Assembly (NCBI GenBank): GCA_963675595.2
Contig: CAXXLZ010000003.1
Location: forward strand, 160,001 to 224,000
Reading direction: 5' to 3'
DNA length: 64,000 nucleotides
DNA from: Thermodesulfobacteriota bacterium
GTDB taxonomy: Bacteria > Desulfobacterota > Desulfarculia > JACQYL01
Below are positions 29,414-39,027 of this stretch, piece by piece. The translations under genes and the position numbers were made by a program. Below the pieces are notes generated by a model. It was given only the letters and a program-made list of their open reading frames with translations. It searched no databases and had not been told where the DNA came from. Position 1 is the stretch's first letter. Each line of letters opens with the position of its first letter.

Positions 29414-31375
29414 ATGCGAAAACCAATGAATCTGCTGATCTCCCTCGTCTTGGCCGCAACCGTTCTGCAGGGCGCCTCATGTCAGTTTCCTATTGTGCGC
29501 CCGACCAGCCCTCCGGCCGATACGCACGTCAATGAGACCGTTCCTCCGGCCCTTCCGGCGAATCGGGACGAGGTTCCGTATTTGGATCTGGCGCAGGAAG
29601 CCTATCTGAGAGGAGACCTGACGAAGGCACTCGATTTCTATTACGGACAACTCGAGCACTATCCCGAGTCTCGAGGAACCGACTTGGCTCTCTATCGCAT
29701 TGCGGCCATCGAGAGAGATCGGGGAAACCGGAGAGCCTCGGTGGAAGCGTGTCGACGTCTGATACGGTACTTCCCGGACAGTCGGTTCACCTTTGAAGCC
29801 TCGGTGCTTCTCGCCGTCCAACTTATGGATGCCGAGTACTTCAACGAAGCGAATGAAGCCCTCGACCAAGCGAAAAGCCGTATTACCACTCACGAGGAAA
29901 GGATGCGCGTGGGTCTGCTTCAAGCGGAACTCGCGGAGAGGAAGCAATCCTGGTCCGAGGCCTACCTGTGCCTGAATGATCTGTATGCCTTGGCCGATGA
30001 AAAGGAAAAGAAGGCGGTCGAGGAGAAAGCCAAGGGACTTCTTAAGCGCCTGACACGCTCGGAATTGGAAACCCTTCATCAAGAGCGTCCGGAAAGGTCG
30101 CTCGGAGGCCATCTGCTGTTGGAGCTCTGCCGACGATTCAAGGAGAGTGAAGAGTGGGGCGCGGCGGATGCATGCTATCGTGAATTTCTAGATCGTTATC
30201 CTCTTCACGATTATGCCGGGGAAGTGCAACGTATTCTTCCCCAGATCGAGTTGCGCCGTTCTGCTGAGTTTCGTCGATTAGGCTGTGTGCTTCCTCTCAC
30301 CGGAGACTATGCCGTCTACGGTCGACGTGTGCTGAACGGGGCCATGTTGGCCTTGAACAGCTTCAGGCCCGAGGAACGGGAGCGTATGCCTCAGGTCTTC
30401 GTCCGTGATTCTCAAGGAGTCCCCGCGGTTGCCGCCGACGCGATTCGAGAGCTTGTTGAAAAGGAAAACGTGGTCGCAATACTGGGCCCTCTGACGGGCG
30501 ATTCTTCGAGGGTGGCCGGCGCCGTTGCGGAAGAATTGCAGGTGCCTCTGATCACCTTGAGTCCTGCGGATGGGATCACTGGAATCGGACATTATGTATT
30601 CCGGAATTCGCTGACGGGACGACTGCAGACTAGGTCTCTCCTCCGCTACGCCCATGGAAAGCTGGGTCTCGGCAAGTTTGCCGTCCTCTACCCGGACAAT
30701 GATTATGGGCGACAGATGATGGAAGATTTTCGAAAAGAAGCCTCGCTGTTGTCCCTTGAAGTGAATAAGGTGGAGTCCTACTCGCCAAATATTCGTGACT
30801 TCAGCCAACCGGTGCTTAATCTCATTGGTGAGAGGCGATGGGCCAATTATCAGGAAAAGGTGAGGCGCGCGAAGCCCGGAGAATCCGTGACCCTGCGTTT
30901 GGATTTTCAAGGCCTGTTCATTCCGGACGACTATAGGAAAATCCTTCTCGTGGCGCCGCAGCTGGCGTTCCACGATTCCGAGGACATTTTCCTGATGGGC
31001 ACGAATCTCTGGAATTCACCGACTTTGGCCGAGCGAGGAGGGCAGTACCTGGCCCGTTCGGTTTTTGTCGCGGATTTCTTTCAGGACGGCGAAGCGGAGT
31101 CCGTCGCTGCATTTCAAAAAGAATACGAGCAAATGTTCGGTGAAAAAGGCGGATTCTTCGCCGCTTTGGGCCATGATACCATGTCGCTTCTCATTCATGC
31201 TTTGGAAGAGGACCGACTTCCCGATCGCCAGAGCATGCGAGGGAATATTGAAGCAACAAGCGATTTCCCCGGGTTGACCGGAGTGACTTCATTTCTACCG
31301 GGAGGAGAGGCGGACAAAGAGTTGCAGCTTCTGACCGTGCGGCACGGAAAAATCGTTCCCCTTGATTCAGAATAG
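29414..31375 (+). CDS. LpoA-like penicillin-binding protein activator (TPR + type 1 periplasmic binding fold)
   Basis: Signal/lipo sequence, TPR repeats, LPLTG..G, LGPL, ALGHD, GLTGVT; start uncertain. Confidence 0.8.
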   Translation: MRKPMNLLISLVLAATVLQGASCQFPIVRPTSPPADTHVNETVPPALPANRDEVPYLDLAQEAYLRGDLTKALDFYYGQLEHYPESRGTDLALYRIAAIERDRGNRRASVEACRRLIRYFPDSRFTFEASVLLAVQLMDAEYFNEANEALDQAKSRITTHEERMRVGLLQAELAERKQSWSEAYLCLNDLYALADEKEKKAVEEKAKGLLKRLTRSELETLHQERPERSLGGHLLLELCRRFKESEEWGAADACYREFLDRYPLHDYAGEVQRILPQIELRRSAEFRRLGCVLPLTGDYAVYGRRVLNGAMLALNSFRPEERERMPQVFVRDSQGVPAVAADAIRELVEKENVVAILGPLTGDSSRVAGAVAEELQVPLITLSPADGITGIGHYVFRNSLTGRLQTRSLLRYAHGKLGLGKFAVLYPDNDYGRQMMEDFRKEASLLSLEVNKVESYSPNIRDFSQPVLNLIGERRWANYQEKVRRAKPGESVTLRLDFQGLFIPDDYRKILLVAPQLAFHDSEDIFLMGTNLWNSPTLAERGGQYLARSVFVADFFQDGEAESVAAFQKEYEQMFGEKGGFFAALGHDTMSLLIHALEEDRLPDRQSMRGNIEATSDFPGLTGVTSFLPGGEADKELQLLTVRHGKIVPLDSE

Positions 31376-31551
31376 AAAGCGTCCTGATTGGAAGGTCCGG
31401 TTTTACTCTCTCGCCGTCTTCGAGGGTGATGTTACGGATAGCGAATAAGACCGCCTGCGCCACGCATTCACCCGTTCTCTCGGGTGTCTCCCCGTATAAA
31501 ACCAATTTGAGAGTGCGGTTTCGCCTTCCGCGTCGTGGCGGTCGGCGCCCC

Positions 31552-32367
31552 TTAGTCTTTGCTCTGAACGGTCGGACTATTCTCGGAGTCTTCTCCCGGC
31601 TCTCCCGGCTCTCCCGGCTCTTCCGGATTCGCCTCCGATTCCGGCGGCGGTTTCTTCCCGAAATACTTGGCTAGAATGATGCTGACCTCGAAGAGAAGCA
31701 GCAGGGGTCCCGCCATCATCAGCTGGGTGATTACATCGGGCGGTGTCAGGATGGCGGCGCCCACGAAGATCAGCAACACGGCATACTTGCGTCGTTTCCT
31801 TAGACTCTTGTAATTTACGACCCCTATTTTCGAAAGAAATAGAATCACGATCGGCAGTTCGAAGATGACCCCAAAGGCGAGCAGCAACTTCACAGAGAAG
31901 GAGAAGTATTGATTTACCGCCGGGAGGGCTTTTGCATAACCGGAACCCAGTGAAACGAAAAATTTGAAACCGAACGGGAAAACGACGGCGTAGCCGAAAA
32001 CCGCCCCTCCCATAAACAGCATCGTGCTGGAAATGACGAAAGGCACTACGTGCTTCTTTTCGTTCGGGTACAGACCGGGTGCCACGAAGCGCCACATCTG
32101 ATAAAAAATCACCGGGGAGGCCAGCAGGGCCCCGGCCAGTAGGGCGATTTTGATGTAGACAAAAAACATCTCGGGGAGATTGGTGAAGATTAGTGTGTCG
32201 CCCTCGGGTAGGACGTCCTTCAGCGGCTTCACCAGTAATATGAAAAGTTGGGAGGAAAACCCGTACGAAAGCACAAAACCCACCCCGACGGTGATTAGGC
32301 AGGTGATCAAACGTTTCCTCAACTCCTCCAGATGGGAGGTGAAAGGCATTCTGGCTTCGTCGTCCAC
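31552..32367 (-). CDS. tatC: Twin-arginine translocase TatC
   Basis: HLEELRKRL, FVAPGL, FELP, TPPD. Confidence 0.96.
   Translation of the reverse strand: MDDEARMPFTSHLEELRKRLITCLITVGVGFVLSYGFSSQLFILLVKPLKDVLPEGDTLIFTNLPEMFFVYIKIALLAGALLASPVIFYQMWRFVAPGLYPNEKKHVVPFVISSTMLFMGGAVFGYAVVFPFGFKFFVSLGSGYAKALPAVNQYFSFSVKLLLAFGVIFELPIVILFLSKIGVVNYKSLRKRRKYAVLLIFVGAAILTPPDVITQLMMAGPLLLLFEVSIILAKYFGKKPPPESEANPEEPGEPGEPGEDSENSPTVQSKD
31593..31628. repeat. 9-bp tandem repeat in the tatC tail (EPG repeats)
   Basis: ctcccggct x3 plus one degenerate copy. Confidence 0.85.
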
Positions 32368-32370
32368 TGT

Positions 32371-32844
32371 TCAGGATTCCTTGGAGGTCGTTTTCTGAGA
32401 AGAGAGGCTGGAAGAACTTTCATCGACGGGTTGGTCGTCCCCGGTCTCCTCGTCCGTCCCGTTGGTTTTAGAGGCGGAAGATGGGGAAGAACTTGGCTCC
32501 TGCTCGGGCGTTCCGTTCCGCTCGCCGGCTTCGAGCTCCTGATAGAACTCCCTCATGATCGTCGCTTTTTCTTGTTCGACTCCTTGCGCTTCTTTGTCGT
32601 CCAGCCGGGCTGAAGGCTCCGCCTCGGGTCGGTTCAGATCCTTAGCGACGTTCGCTACCGATTTTTTCACATCCCGGAGCTCCTCGTCGACATTGATGCT
32701 CTCTTTGAGTTCCTGTGTGGCTTTCCGGAACTCAGCCATTCCTCTCCCGAGGGACTTGGCCAGTTCGGGCAGCTTCTTAGGGCCGAAAATGATCAAGGCC
32801 AACACGAGGATGACGATGAGCTCGGGCATACCGATGCCAAACAT
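32371..32844 (-). CDS. tatB: Twin-arginine translocase TatB/TatA
   Basis: [23 protein letters not shown]; long acidic tail; directly upstream of tatC. Confidence 0.85.
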   Translation of the reverse strand: MFGIGMPELIVILVLALIIFGPKKLPELAKSLGRGMAEFRKATQELKESINVDEELRDVKKSVANVAKDLNRPEAEPSARLDDKEAQGVEQEKATIMREFYQELEAGERNGTPEQEPSSSPSSASKTNGTDEETGDDQPVDESSSSLSSQKTTSKES

Positions 32845-33042
32845 GTACGCGCCTTCCTGAACAAGGGAATAAATGCAGAAATCTTGACTGCTTACTGGAA
32901 TTTCAGATTAGATGTTTTTCCGCGATATGTCAAGATATGCCGGGATACCGAAAGGGAGGAAACGAACCTCACGGACGAGAGGCGCTATAATTTTCCGACG
33001 GTTTGTGCAAGACGGGGCGGCGACGATGCCTGAAAGAAGAAA

Positions 33043-33063
33043 GCCCGGCTCGATGAGCCGGGC
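33043..33063 (-). terminator. Intrinsic terminator of the MucR-family gene
   Basis: GCCCGGCTC-GAT-GAGCCGGGC followed by a T-rich tract on the minus strand. Confidence 0.75.
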
Positions 33064-33072
33064 GGGACGAGT

Positions 33073-33507
33073 TTATTTCGACTTCTTGGCCCTCGCATCC
33101 TTGAGTATCTGACCGAGGTTTCTTTCCTTTGCCCATTTCCTTCGCTTGGCAGTTAGGTTCTTAGCGGAGAGGGGGGTCTTGAGAGGGATTCCCCATTTCT
33201 GCTTGTATTCTTTAGTAGTCAAACCGAACTTCGCGAGAGTTCGATTGGTAAGGACTTTGCACTCGCTGCCGTCCTCCAGATTAATCACCTTGTTTGCCTG
33301 AATGGACTTCAAAGGCTCTTCTCGAAGCAGATCCAAATCGGATTTCTCACTTTGTTCTTCAACTTCACCGGCCTCTTTGTTGCTGATCGCCTTCAAAGTC
33401 TCGAAAGTCTTTTTCAGGCTCGCCTCAATCTCTTCCGGGGTCATCTGTCCCACTGACGCCTGTGCTCTGACGATATCGGCAGCCATTTCAGTAAGTGTCC
33501 GTGCCAT
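33073..33507 (-). CDS. Ros/MucR family transcriptional regulator
   Basis: LTEMAADIV, SI...VINLEDG, GLT..EY.QKWG....PL.A...KRR..AK. Confidence 0.88.
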   Translation of the reverse strand: MARTLTEMAADIVRAQASVGQMTPEEIEASLKKTFETLKAISNKEAGEVEEQSEKSDLDLLREEPLKSIQANKVINLEDGSECKVLTNRTLAKFGLTTKEYKQKWGIPLKTPLSAKNLTAKRRKWAKERNLGQILKDARAKKSK

Positions 33508-33549
33508 CTCTATCCTTCCTAGTTAGCGTTTTTGCTATGATGTTACTCC

Positions 33550-33579
33550 AATATAGGTATTCAACAGACAATCTGTCAA
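33550..33579 (-). promoter_or_regulatory. Sigma-70 promoter of the MucR-family gene
   Basis: TTGACA-18 nt-TATATT; ACAGA-CAA-TCTGT palindrome overlapping the spacer. Confidence 0.65.
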
Positions 33580-34289
33580 GAAATAATTGAATGTTATGCT
33601 TTCGGGCCTTGGAACCCTTTTGCTTTTCCGGACCCCAAGGCTGCAAGCACCGTGAAAAATCCCCTTTGAGAAATATTGCATCCGGTTGACGGAAGATAAC
33701 AAAGACGCTTACCAGTGATGCTTCCGAGGTGTCCGGTTCCCTTGAATACATCATGTGCATTATACCTTGCGAGATGCGCCGCTATTGCGGATTGCCTCAC
33801 TTCCACTGGAACCATTCATTTCCGTTCGGAGCAACGTGTAGGGAATTGATAAGCAGACGTATGGGATTGGGAAGGCACCTTCACCGGATAGCTTCCGTTG
33901 GAGGGCACGGGAGTGTCGACTCGAAAGGGCGCAAGCTATTGACTGGTCGTCCGATGGACGGGGACCTACGGAGCAGAGGCGGGTGGATGTGAGGCCGGGA
34001 ATATGGAAAGGCTGAAGGGAACCCTTGGCCTTTTCCGGAGGGTCCGGGGCGAAACGCCCCCTTCCCCTGCCATAGAAGACGGGAGGTCTCCAAACGGACA
34101 TTCGCCGCCGATGATGGGACGAGGAGTTGAGAAGAGAACAGGGGCCGATTCCAACTGCCTGTACAGACAAGCCGTGTGCCTCGTGCCACGTCGCGGGGCG
34201 ACATCCGAAGGCGGACATCCCCTTGGAAAACGACCGACGAAGGGCCGGCACTGAAGGCGACCCAAGTCGGACGTATTATCGGCACAGAA

Positions 34290-34586
34290 TCAGGACGGGG
34301 ATGCGGTCCCTGAAAGCCTAAGATAGACGGCCTCTTCAATGGCTCTCAGGGAGGTGCATGTTGCCGCCTCCTCGTCGTCGATGGAAATGTCGAAGGCTTC
34401 CTCAATGGCGAATATAACGGCCACAACGTCCGTGGAATCGAGGCCCATGTCCTCCGCCAAATGTGCGTCCTCGGAAATTTCTTCGACTCCGATTCCCTTG
34501 AGTTGAGCCTCTTGAAGGAGGATTTCCTTCAGCTTTCGGCTGATTTCTTCTCGGCTGAATGATGGGGCGGATTGTTGCATATTCAT
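34290..34586 (-). CDS. Acyl carrier protein
   Basis: Acidic; DMGLDS phosphopantetheine site; IEEAFDISI. Confidence 0.9.
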   Translation of the reverse strand: MNMQQSAPSFSREEISRKLKEILLQEAQLKGIGVEEISEDAHLAEDMGLDSTDVVAVIFAIEEAFDISIDDEEAATCTSLRAIEEAVYLRLSGTASPS

Positions 34587-34671
34587 TTCACATTTCGGGT
34601 GCGAGTTTCAAGGAATTCGGCTCTCGGGCGCCGGTGTTTGCAGGATTCAACGTTGTCCCGAGGCTCGACCA

Positions 34672-35907
34672 TCATCCGGAGAGGCGTTTCAGAACAATCG
34701 ACGTATTACTTCCGCCGAACGCGAAAGAGTTGCTCATGCAAACGTCGAAATGGAGAGATCGAGACCGGTTGGGAACATAGTCCAGCTCGGCGCAATTCGG
34801 ATCTCGCTCCTCAAAGTTGATGGTTGGAGGTAACATATCTTGTTCCATCGAAAGCAGGCAAGCAATTATTTCCAGCGCGCCGGCGGCACCGAGGGTATGA
34901 CCGATCATGGACTTGATGGAGCTGATGGGAACGGAACGGGCGTGCTTACCAAGAAGCTTGGCGGCCGCGTTGGACTCGATGGCGTCGTTGAGCAGAGTGG
35001 ACGTGCCGTGGGCGTTGATATAATCGAGTTCTCTCACCGGAATACCCGCGTCCATAAGGGCGAGCTCCATGGATCGAAGCATCTGGGCGCCGGACTTGTC
35101 CGGAATCAACATATGGTGCGCGTCGCTGGTAAGTCCGGTGCCCGCGATCTCTGCGTATATGCGAGCGCCTCTCGCCTGAGCGTGTTCGAGAGACTCGACG
35201 ACCAGAATTCCAGCTCCATCCGACAGTATGAGGCCGTCCCTCTGCGCATCGAAGGGGCGACATGCGGCTTCGGGTGCACAGTCTCTCGTCGAAACCGCTC
35301 TTACCTGGCAAAAGGCCGAGTACACCAATCGGTTCAGCGGTAGGTCCACTCCCCCGCTGAGCACCACGTCGGCAAGTCCGTCACGAATGATGTCTCTGGC
35401 ATACACCACGGCTTGATTTCCCGACGAGCAAGCCATGTCCACATTGACCAGGGGGCCCTCGATTCCAAGATAACCGGCCGTCGCCCCAGGGAGGAAAAGA
35501 TCGGAAGGCTGCAGGGTATACGCCTCCTCCGGTGGCCTGCCGGTGGTGAGATGCTCCAACTCATCGAGTTCGTAACGATTCGTCGTGCATCCCAGGGCGG
35601 CGCCCACCCGGTGAGGAGCGATTTCTCTTAGGTCCAGGTCCGCGTCGTCCAAAGCCATCTTCGAGGCGGACAGCGCGAACTGAAGGGACTTGGTAGCGTT
35701 GGCCGGGCAGGAAGGAAAAAATTTCCGAAAGTCGAAATCGTCGACTTGGCCTCCGATGTTTGAAGTCAGTCCCTCAGTGTCGAAACAAGTCACATAGCGG
35801 ATGCCGGATCTACCTTCCCGCAGGGCTCCGGAGAACTCGCTCTTTCCAATGCCGTTTGGAGCGATCGGGCCCACTCCGGTGATGACGACGCGGTGTCTTG
35901 GTCTCAT
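34672..35907 (-). CDS. Beta-ketoacyl-ACP synthase (FabF-like KS)
   Basis: ACSSG Cys, AHGTST His, GHTLGAAG His, SNSFAFGG. Confidence 0.93.
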   Translation of the reverse strand: MRPRHRVVITGVGPIAPNGIGKSEFSGALREGRSGIRYVTCFDTEGLTSNIGGQVDDFDFRKFFPSCPANATKSLQFALSASKMALDDADLDLREIAPHRVGAALGCTTNRYELDELEHLTTGRPPEEAYTLQPSDLFLPGATAGYLGIEGPLVNVDMACSSGNQAVVYARDIIRDGLADVVLSGGVDLPLNRLVYSAFCQVRAVSTRDCAPEAACRPFDAQRDGLILSDGAGILVVESLEHAQARGARIYAEIAGTGLTSDAHHMLIPDKSGAQMLRSMELALMDAGIPVRELDYINAHGTSTLLNDAIESNAAAKLLGKHARSVPISSIKSMIGHTLGAAGALEIIACLLSMEQDMLPPTINFEERDPNCAELDYVPNRSRSLHFDVCMSNSFAFGGSNTSIVLKRLSG

Positions 35908-36004
35908 AACTTCCTGATATCCATGTTTGAAGCCGGAGGTGGTTACGATACGAACCCTTTGTCGGGATTGTCGGCGAGACGTTTCATGGACGGCACCGAC
36001 GGTT

Positions 36005-37099
36005 TCAGCGTTCGAAAAGCAGCACCGCGCAGTTGCCGTCTTGGGCCGCCGAGGCGAAAAGCAGGACTTCTCCGGTGCGGCTGAGGGAGGAAGCGGGAAT
36101 CCCTGCCTCCAGGAATGTGAACAGGTCGGAGAGCGCCGATACGGAAAAGGTGTAGGGCCTTTCCGGCGGGAACACGGTCATTCCATCAAACGGGCGAAGC
36201 GAAGCCGCCGATTCGGTTACTTCCTTTGTCAACGGGCCGCCGGGGGAGCAGGATACTCCGATCCGTGCTATCCGCCCCGCCTCCAAACCCAGACTTTGCA
36301 CGACTCCCGCCGTTCTTTCCTTGAACCAGGACCCAAAAGAGCCGGAATCCGATTTCAGGAGGGAGGAGGGAGCGTGGAACAATCCGCATCCCATCCATCG
36401 AGCCGTTGAGGGCCGAACCCTTTCGGATTCCATATCCTTTTCGAGTACGGCCATTGCGGCTCCCTCGGAGAGTTCGACGCCGCTGAGCCCGTAAATGGAG
36501 GCGAACCGGGCCACCCAGGCGCTGATGGGTGACTCTGCGGCCCCGGCCAGCATGTAATCGGGAAAAGAGCCGCAAGACATGCCCTCCGCAGCGTGTACGA
36601 AGGCATGCAGACCCGAGAGGAAGCTGCCGGAACAGGTGATGGTGGGCCCGTTCAACGCATAGCTTATGGACACGTTGGATGCGGTGGCGTTTCCGATGGT
36701 CATTTGCAGAGCCCGAGGGTTGACCCTCCGAGGGCCTTTTGTGCGGAACACCTCGATGAAGGATTCAAGGCTGCCGCTGCCCGCAAAGGTGGTGCCCATG
36801 CTGCATCCGACCTCAGCCGTCGGGAGCGCGTCGAACCCCGGTGTGCGATCCATGGCCCTGCGCGCGGTGATGATTGCGAGTACCACGCTCCGGTCCAAGA
36901 TTCTTCGTTCTTCCTTTGCCATATGTTGGGCGATGATTTCTTCTTCCACACAAAGGTGGCCGGCCCCCGACACGTCGACGACGGGGTCCCGACGTTCTTC
37001 ACCGGAACCGGGAATCGACCCGGGGAGAAGGGAACTCGTGCCCAGAACAAATACTTTCGGAGATTCAGACGAAAAAGGTTCCACGAATACAATCACCAT
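36005..37099 (-). CDS. Degenerate ketosynthase / chain-length-factor-like protein
   Basis: KS N-terminal motifs (RRILDR, RRVNP, NATASNVSI..LNGP, SEGAA); catalytic Cys position reads GSFLSG; His motifs absent. Confidence 0.75.
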   Translation of the reverse strand: MVIVFVEPFSSESPKVFVLGTSSLLPGSIPGSGEERRDPVVDVSGAGHLCVEEEIIAQHMAKEERRILDRSVVLAIITARRAMDRTPGFDALPTAEVGCSMGTTFAGSGSLESFIEVFRTKGPRRVNPRALQMTIGNATASNVSISYALNGPTITCSGSFLSGLHAFVHAAEGMSCGSFPDYMLAGAAESPISAWVARFASIYGLSGVELSEGAAMAVLEKDMESERVRPSTARWMGCGLFHAPSSLLKSDSGSFGSWFKERTAGVVQSLGLEAGRIARIGVSCSPGGPLTKEVTESAASLRPFDGMTVFPPERPYTFSVSALSDLFTFLEAGIPASSLSRTGEVLLFASAAQDGNCAVLLFER

Positions 37100-37264
37100 T
37101 CGAGGCCGCGCCAGGCGATGTTATTGAAATTGATTTCTTTTGACGCAGGGAAAAGAGTGAATCGTTCACAGGGGAAGTGAATTTGTGCGCTCCCTTTTTT
37201 CAGATAAGGTCCGACAAGTCAAGGGAATTCAAATTGACATTTCTGTGGCGCCCTGCGGATCCTA

Positions 37265-38215
37265 TCATCGGAGCGGATTTGAGCCGGGCGGCAAGTGCTT
37301 GTGAAACCACTCAAGGATCAGTCGATCCCTTTCTTCCCGATGGGAATCCAGCGTGTGGTCTCCGCCTTGTAGAACGACCAGCTTGTGCGGAGTTCCCAGT
37401 GCGCGCAGTTCCGCGGCGAGTCGTCCGGCTTGATTCACGCCGATCTTGTTATCATCCTCACCGTGCAGGATCAACAGAGGGACCTTGATTTCTCCGGGCC
37501 AACAGACCGCTGAACGAGCCCGGTATTTCCGTGGGTTCTCGTCGGGATCGCCCACAAGGTAACGCAGGCCCATCCTGTGGAACCATGAGTCGATGCTGCG
37601 ATAGGTTTCCAGCAGGTCCGTCGGAGCGCCCACCGTGGCGGCGGCTCGGAGGTGCACGCCGCGTTTGGCAGCCAGAAAGGTCATCATGCCGCCTCTCGAA
37701 TAGCCCAGCATCACCACCCGGTCCGGGTCCACCGTAGGAAGAGCCCTTCCCAAGGAAACGAGATTCACCACGTCGTCCACATCGGCGCCGCCGAACTCGT
37801 CGCTTCCGTCACCACCGCAGGAACCACGATACATGGAGGCCAGGACAACGAAGCCCCGACTGCAAAGGAAAGCCTGATTATCCAACGTCTTTCCGTCCAA
37901 ACATCCAAAACTCGGGCCGCCTCCCCGGTTGAAAATCAACAGTGGGAGGAGGGCGTCCGGAGAAGCGGGTTTGAACAGATAGCCGACGATCTCGAGCCCG
38001 TCGCTCAAATATTTGAAGCGATACCCTGCGACCCCGTCCGGCCATGTTTCGGAGGGCTCCAAAGGCCGGCGGTCGAGGAGCTGAAATCCTTCGCTCGTTT
38101 CACCGGTTGTGACATAGGAGGGGCTGTCGGCGTCCGTCGACGGTTTTGAGGGAGCGCAGGAAAACGGCAATCCCGCCGCCGACAATAGAAGGAGAAGGAG
38201 GCCGAGTTTTCTCAT
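37265..38215 (-). CDS. S9 prolyl oligopeptidase-family lipoprotein
   Basis: Lipobox-like PFSC; YLSDGL, NRGG, GYSRGG, HGEDD, GGDH. Confidence 0.88.
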   Translation of the reverse strand: MRKLGLLLLLLSAAGLPFSCAPSKPSTDADSPSYVTTGETSEGFQLLDRRPLEPSETWPDGVAGYRFKYLSDGLEIVGYLFKPASPDALLPLLIFNRGGGPSFGCLDGKTLDNQAFLCSRGFVVLASMYRGSCGGDGSDEFGGADVDDVVNLVSLGRALPTVDPDRVVMLGYSRGGMMTFLAAKRGVHLRAAATVGAPTDLLETYRSIDSWFHRMGLRYLVGDPDENPRKYRARSAVCWPGEIKVPLLILHGEDDNKIGVNQAGRLAAELRALGTPHKLVVLQGGDHTLDSHREERDRLILEWFHKHLPPGSNPLR

Positions 38216-38322
38216 GTCGTTTCATCCTGTTTAGGAAGGGTTATCGATGTACGTTCGGAGGATTGTACCGTCGGTGGACAAGCGGACTTTCGTCCGGAAA
38301 GTCGAAGCCCCAAACACACCAT

Positions 38323-38772
38323 CTATTCCACTGCCGAATAGTCGGCTTCGGACACACCCTTCAGCAATAGAAACGATTCCACTTTGAGAGTGATAATCTC
38401 GGAAGTCGATAGCCGAGCGAACTCTTTGAGTTGGGGGTGCCTCGCGATCAGCTTTTTCATGACGGCCGACTTGTCCTCTTTCCCGTCCAATGGGACAAAC
38501 TTTCCCCCAACGGTCAGCGCCTGTATCTCTTCCGACGCGTGCTCCGCGCTTCGAACTCTCGTGTCCACCAGCAAACAGGCTCTGTCGTTGTGAAGCAGAT
38601 TCTTGTATTTGGTACTCTCTGAGTCGCAAACCATATAAACGGTTCGCCCTCGTTCGTCGGTGATGTAGGACATCAGAGAGCAATGGGGGACATCATTCCG
38701 ACTCGTGGCGAGAACGCCCATGTCGTGGTCTTTCAGGAGAGAAAACATGAGAGAGAGCGTCTTGTTCGGCAA
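38323..38772 (-). CDS. Pyridoxamine 5'-phosphate oxidase-like FMN-binding protein
   Basis: VLATS..PHCSLM, TKYKNL..N, LLVDTR; GGAGGT 7 nt before TTG. Confidence 0.85.
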   Translation of the reverse strand: MPNKTLSLMFSLLKDHDMGVLATSRNDVPHCSLMSYITDERGRTVYMVCDSESTKYKNLLHNDRACLLVDTRVRSAEHASEEIQALTVGGKFVPLDGKEDKSAVMKKLIARHPQLKEFARLSTSEIITLKVESFLLLKGVSEADYSAVE

Positions 38773-39027
38773 GGTGATTACCTCCGTCACGCGTGTTCCC
38801 TTCGGAAGCTCTGTGAGTGTCCCTCGCCTCCCAAAGCAATCATGTGTCGGATGCGGCGGAATGCTCAAATACTATAAGGCCGGCGTCCGCTCTTGACAAG
38901 TCCCGCTCCGCTTATGCTCTATGCATGTGCTGTTTCAATCATTGCATAGGTTGGGTGAGGAAGTTATAGTAGAATTTCCGGAGGGGAACGATTTCGGTCG
39001 GCCACGCTTGTTTCGGAGGGTTCGGTC

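Noticed and set aside
26749-29415. Long antisense ORFs opposite grpE/dnaK (398 and 477 aa)
   Set aside because: Well-known shadow frames of conserved hsp70 genes caused by codon bias
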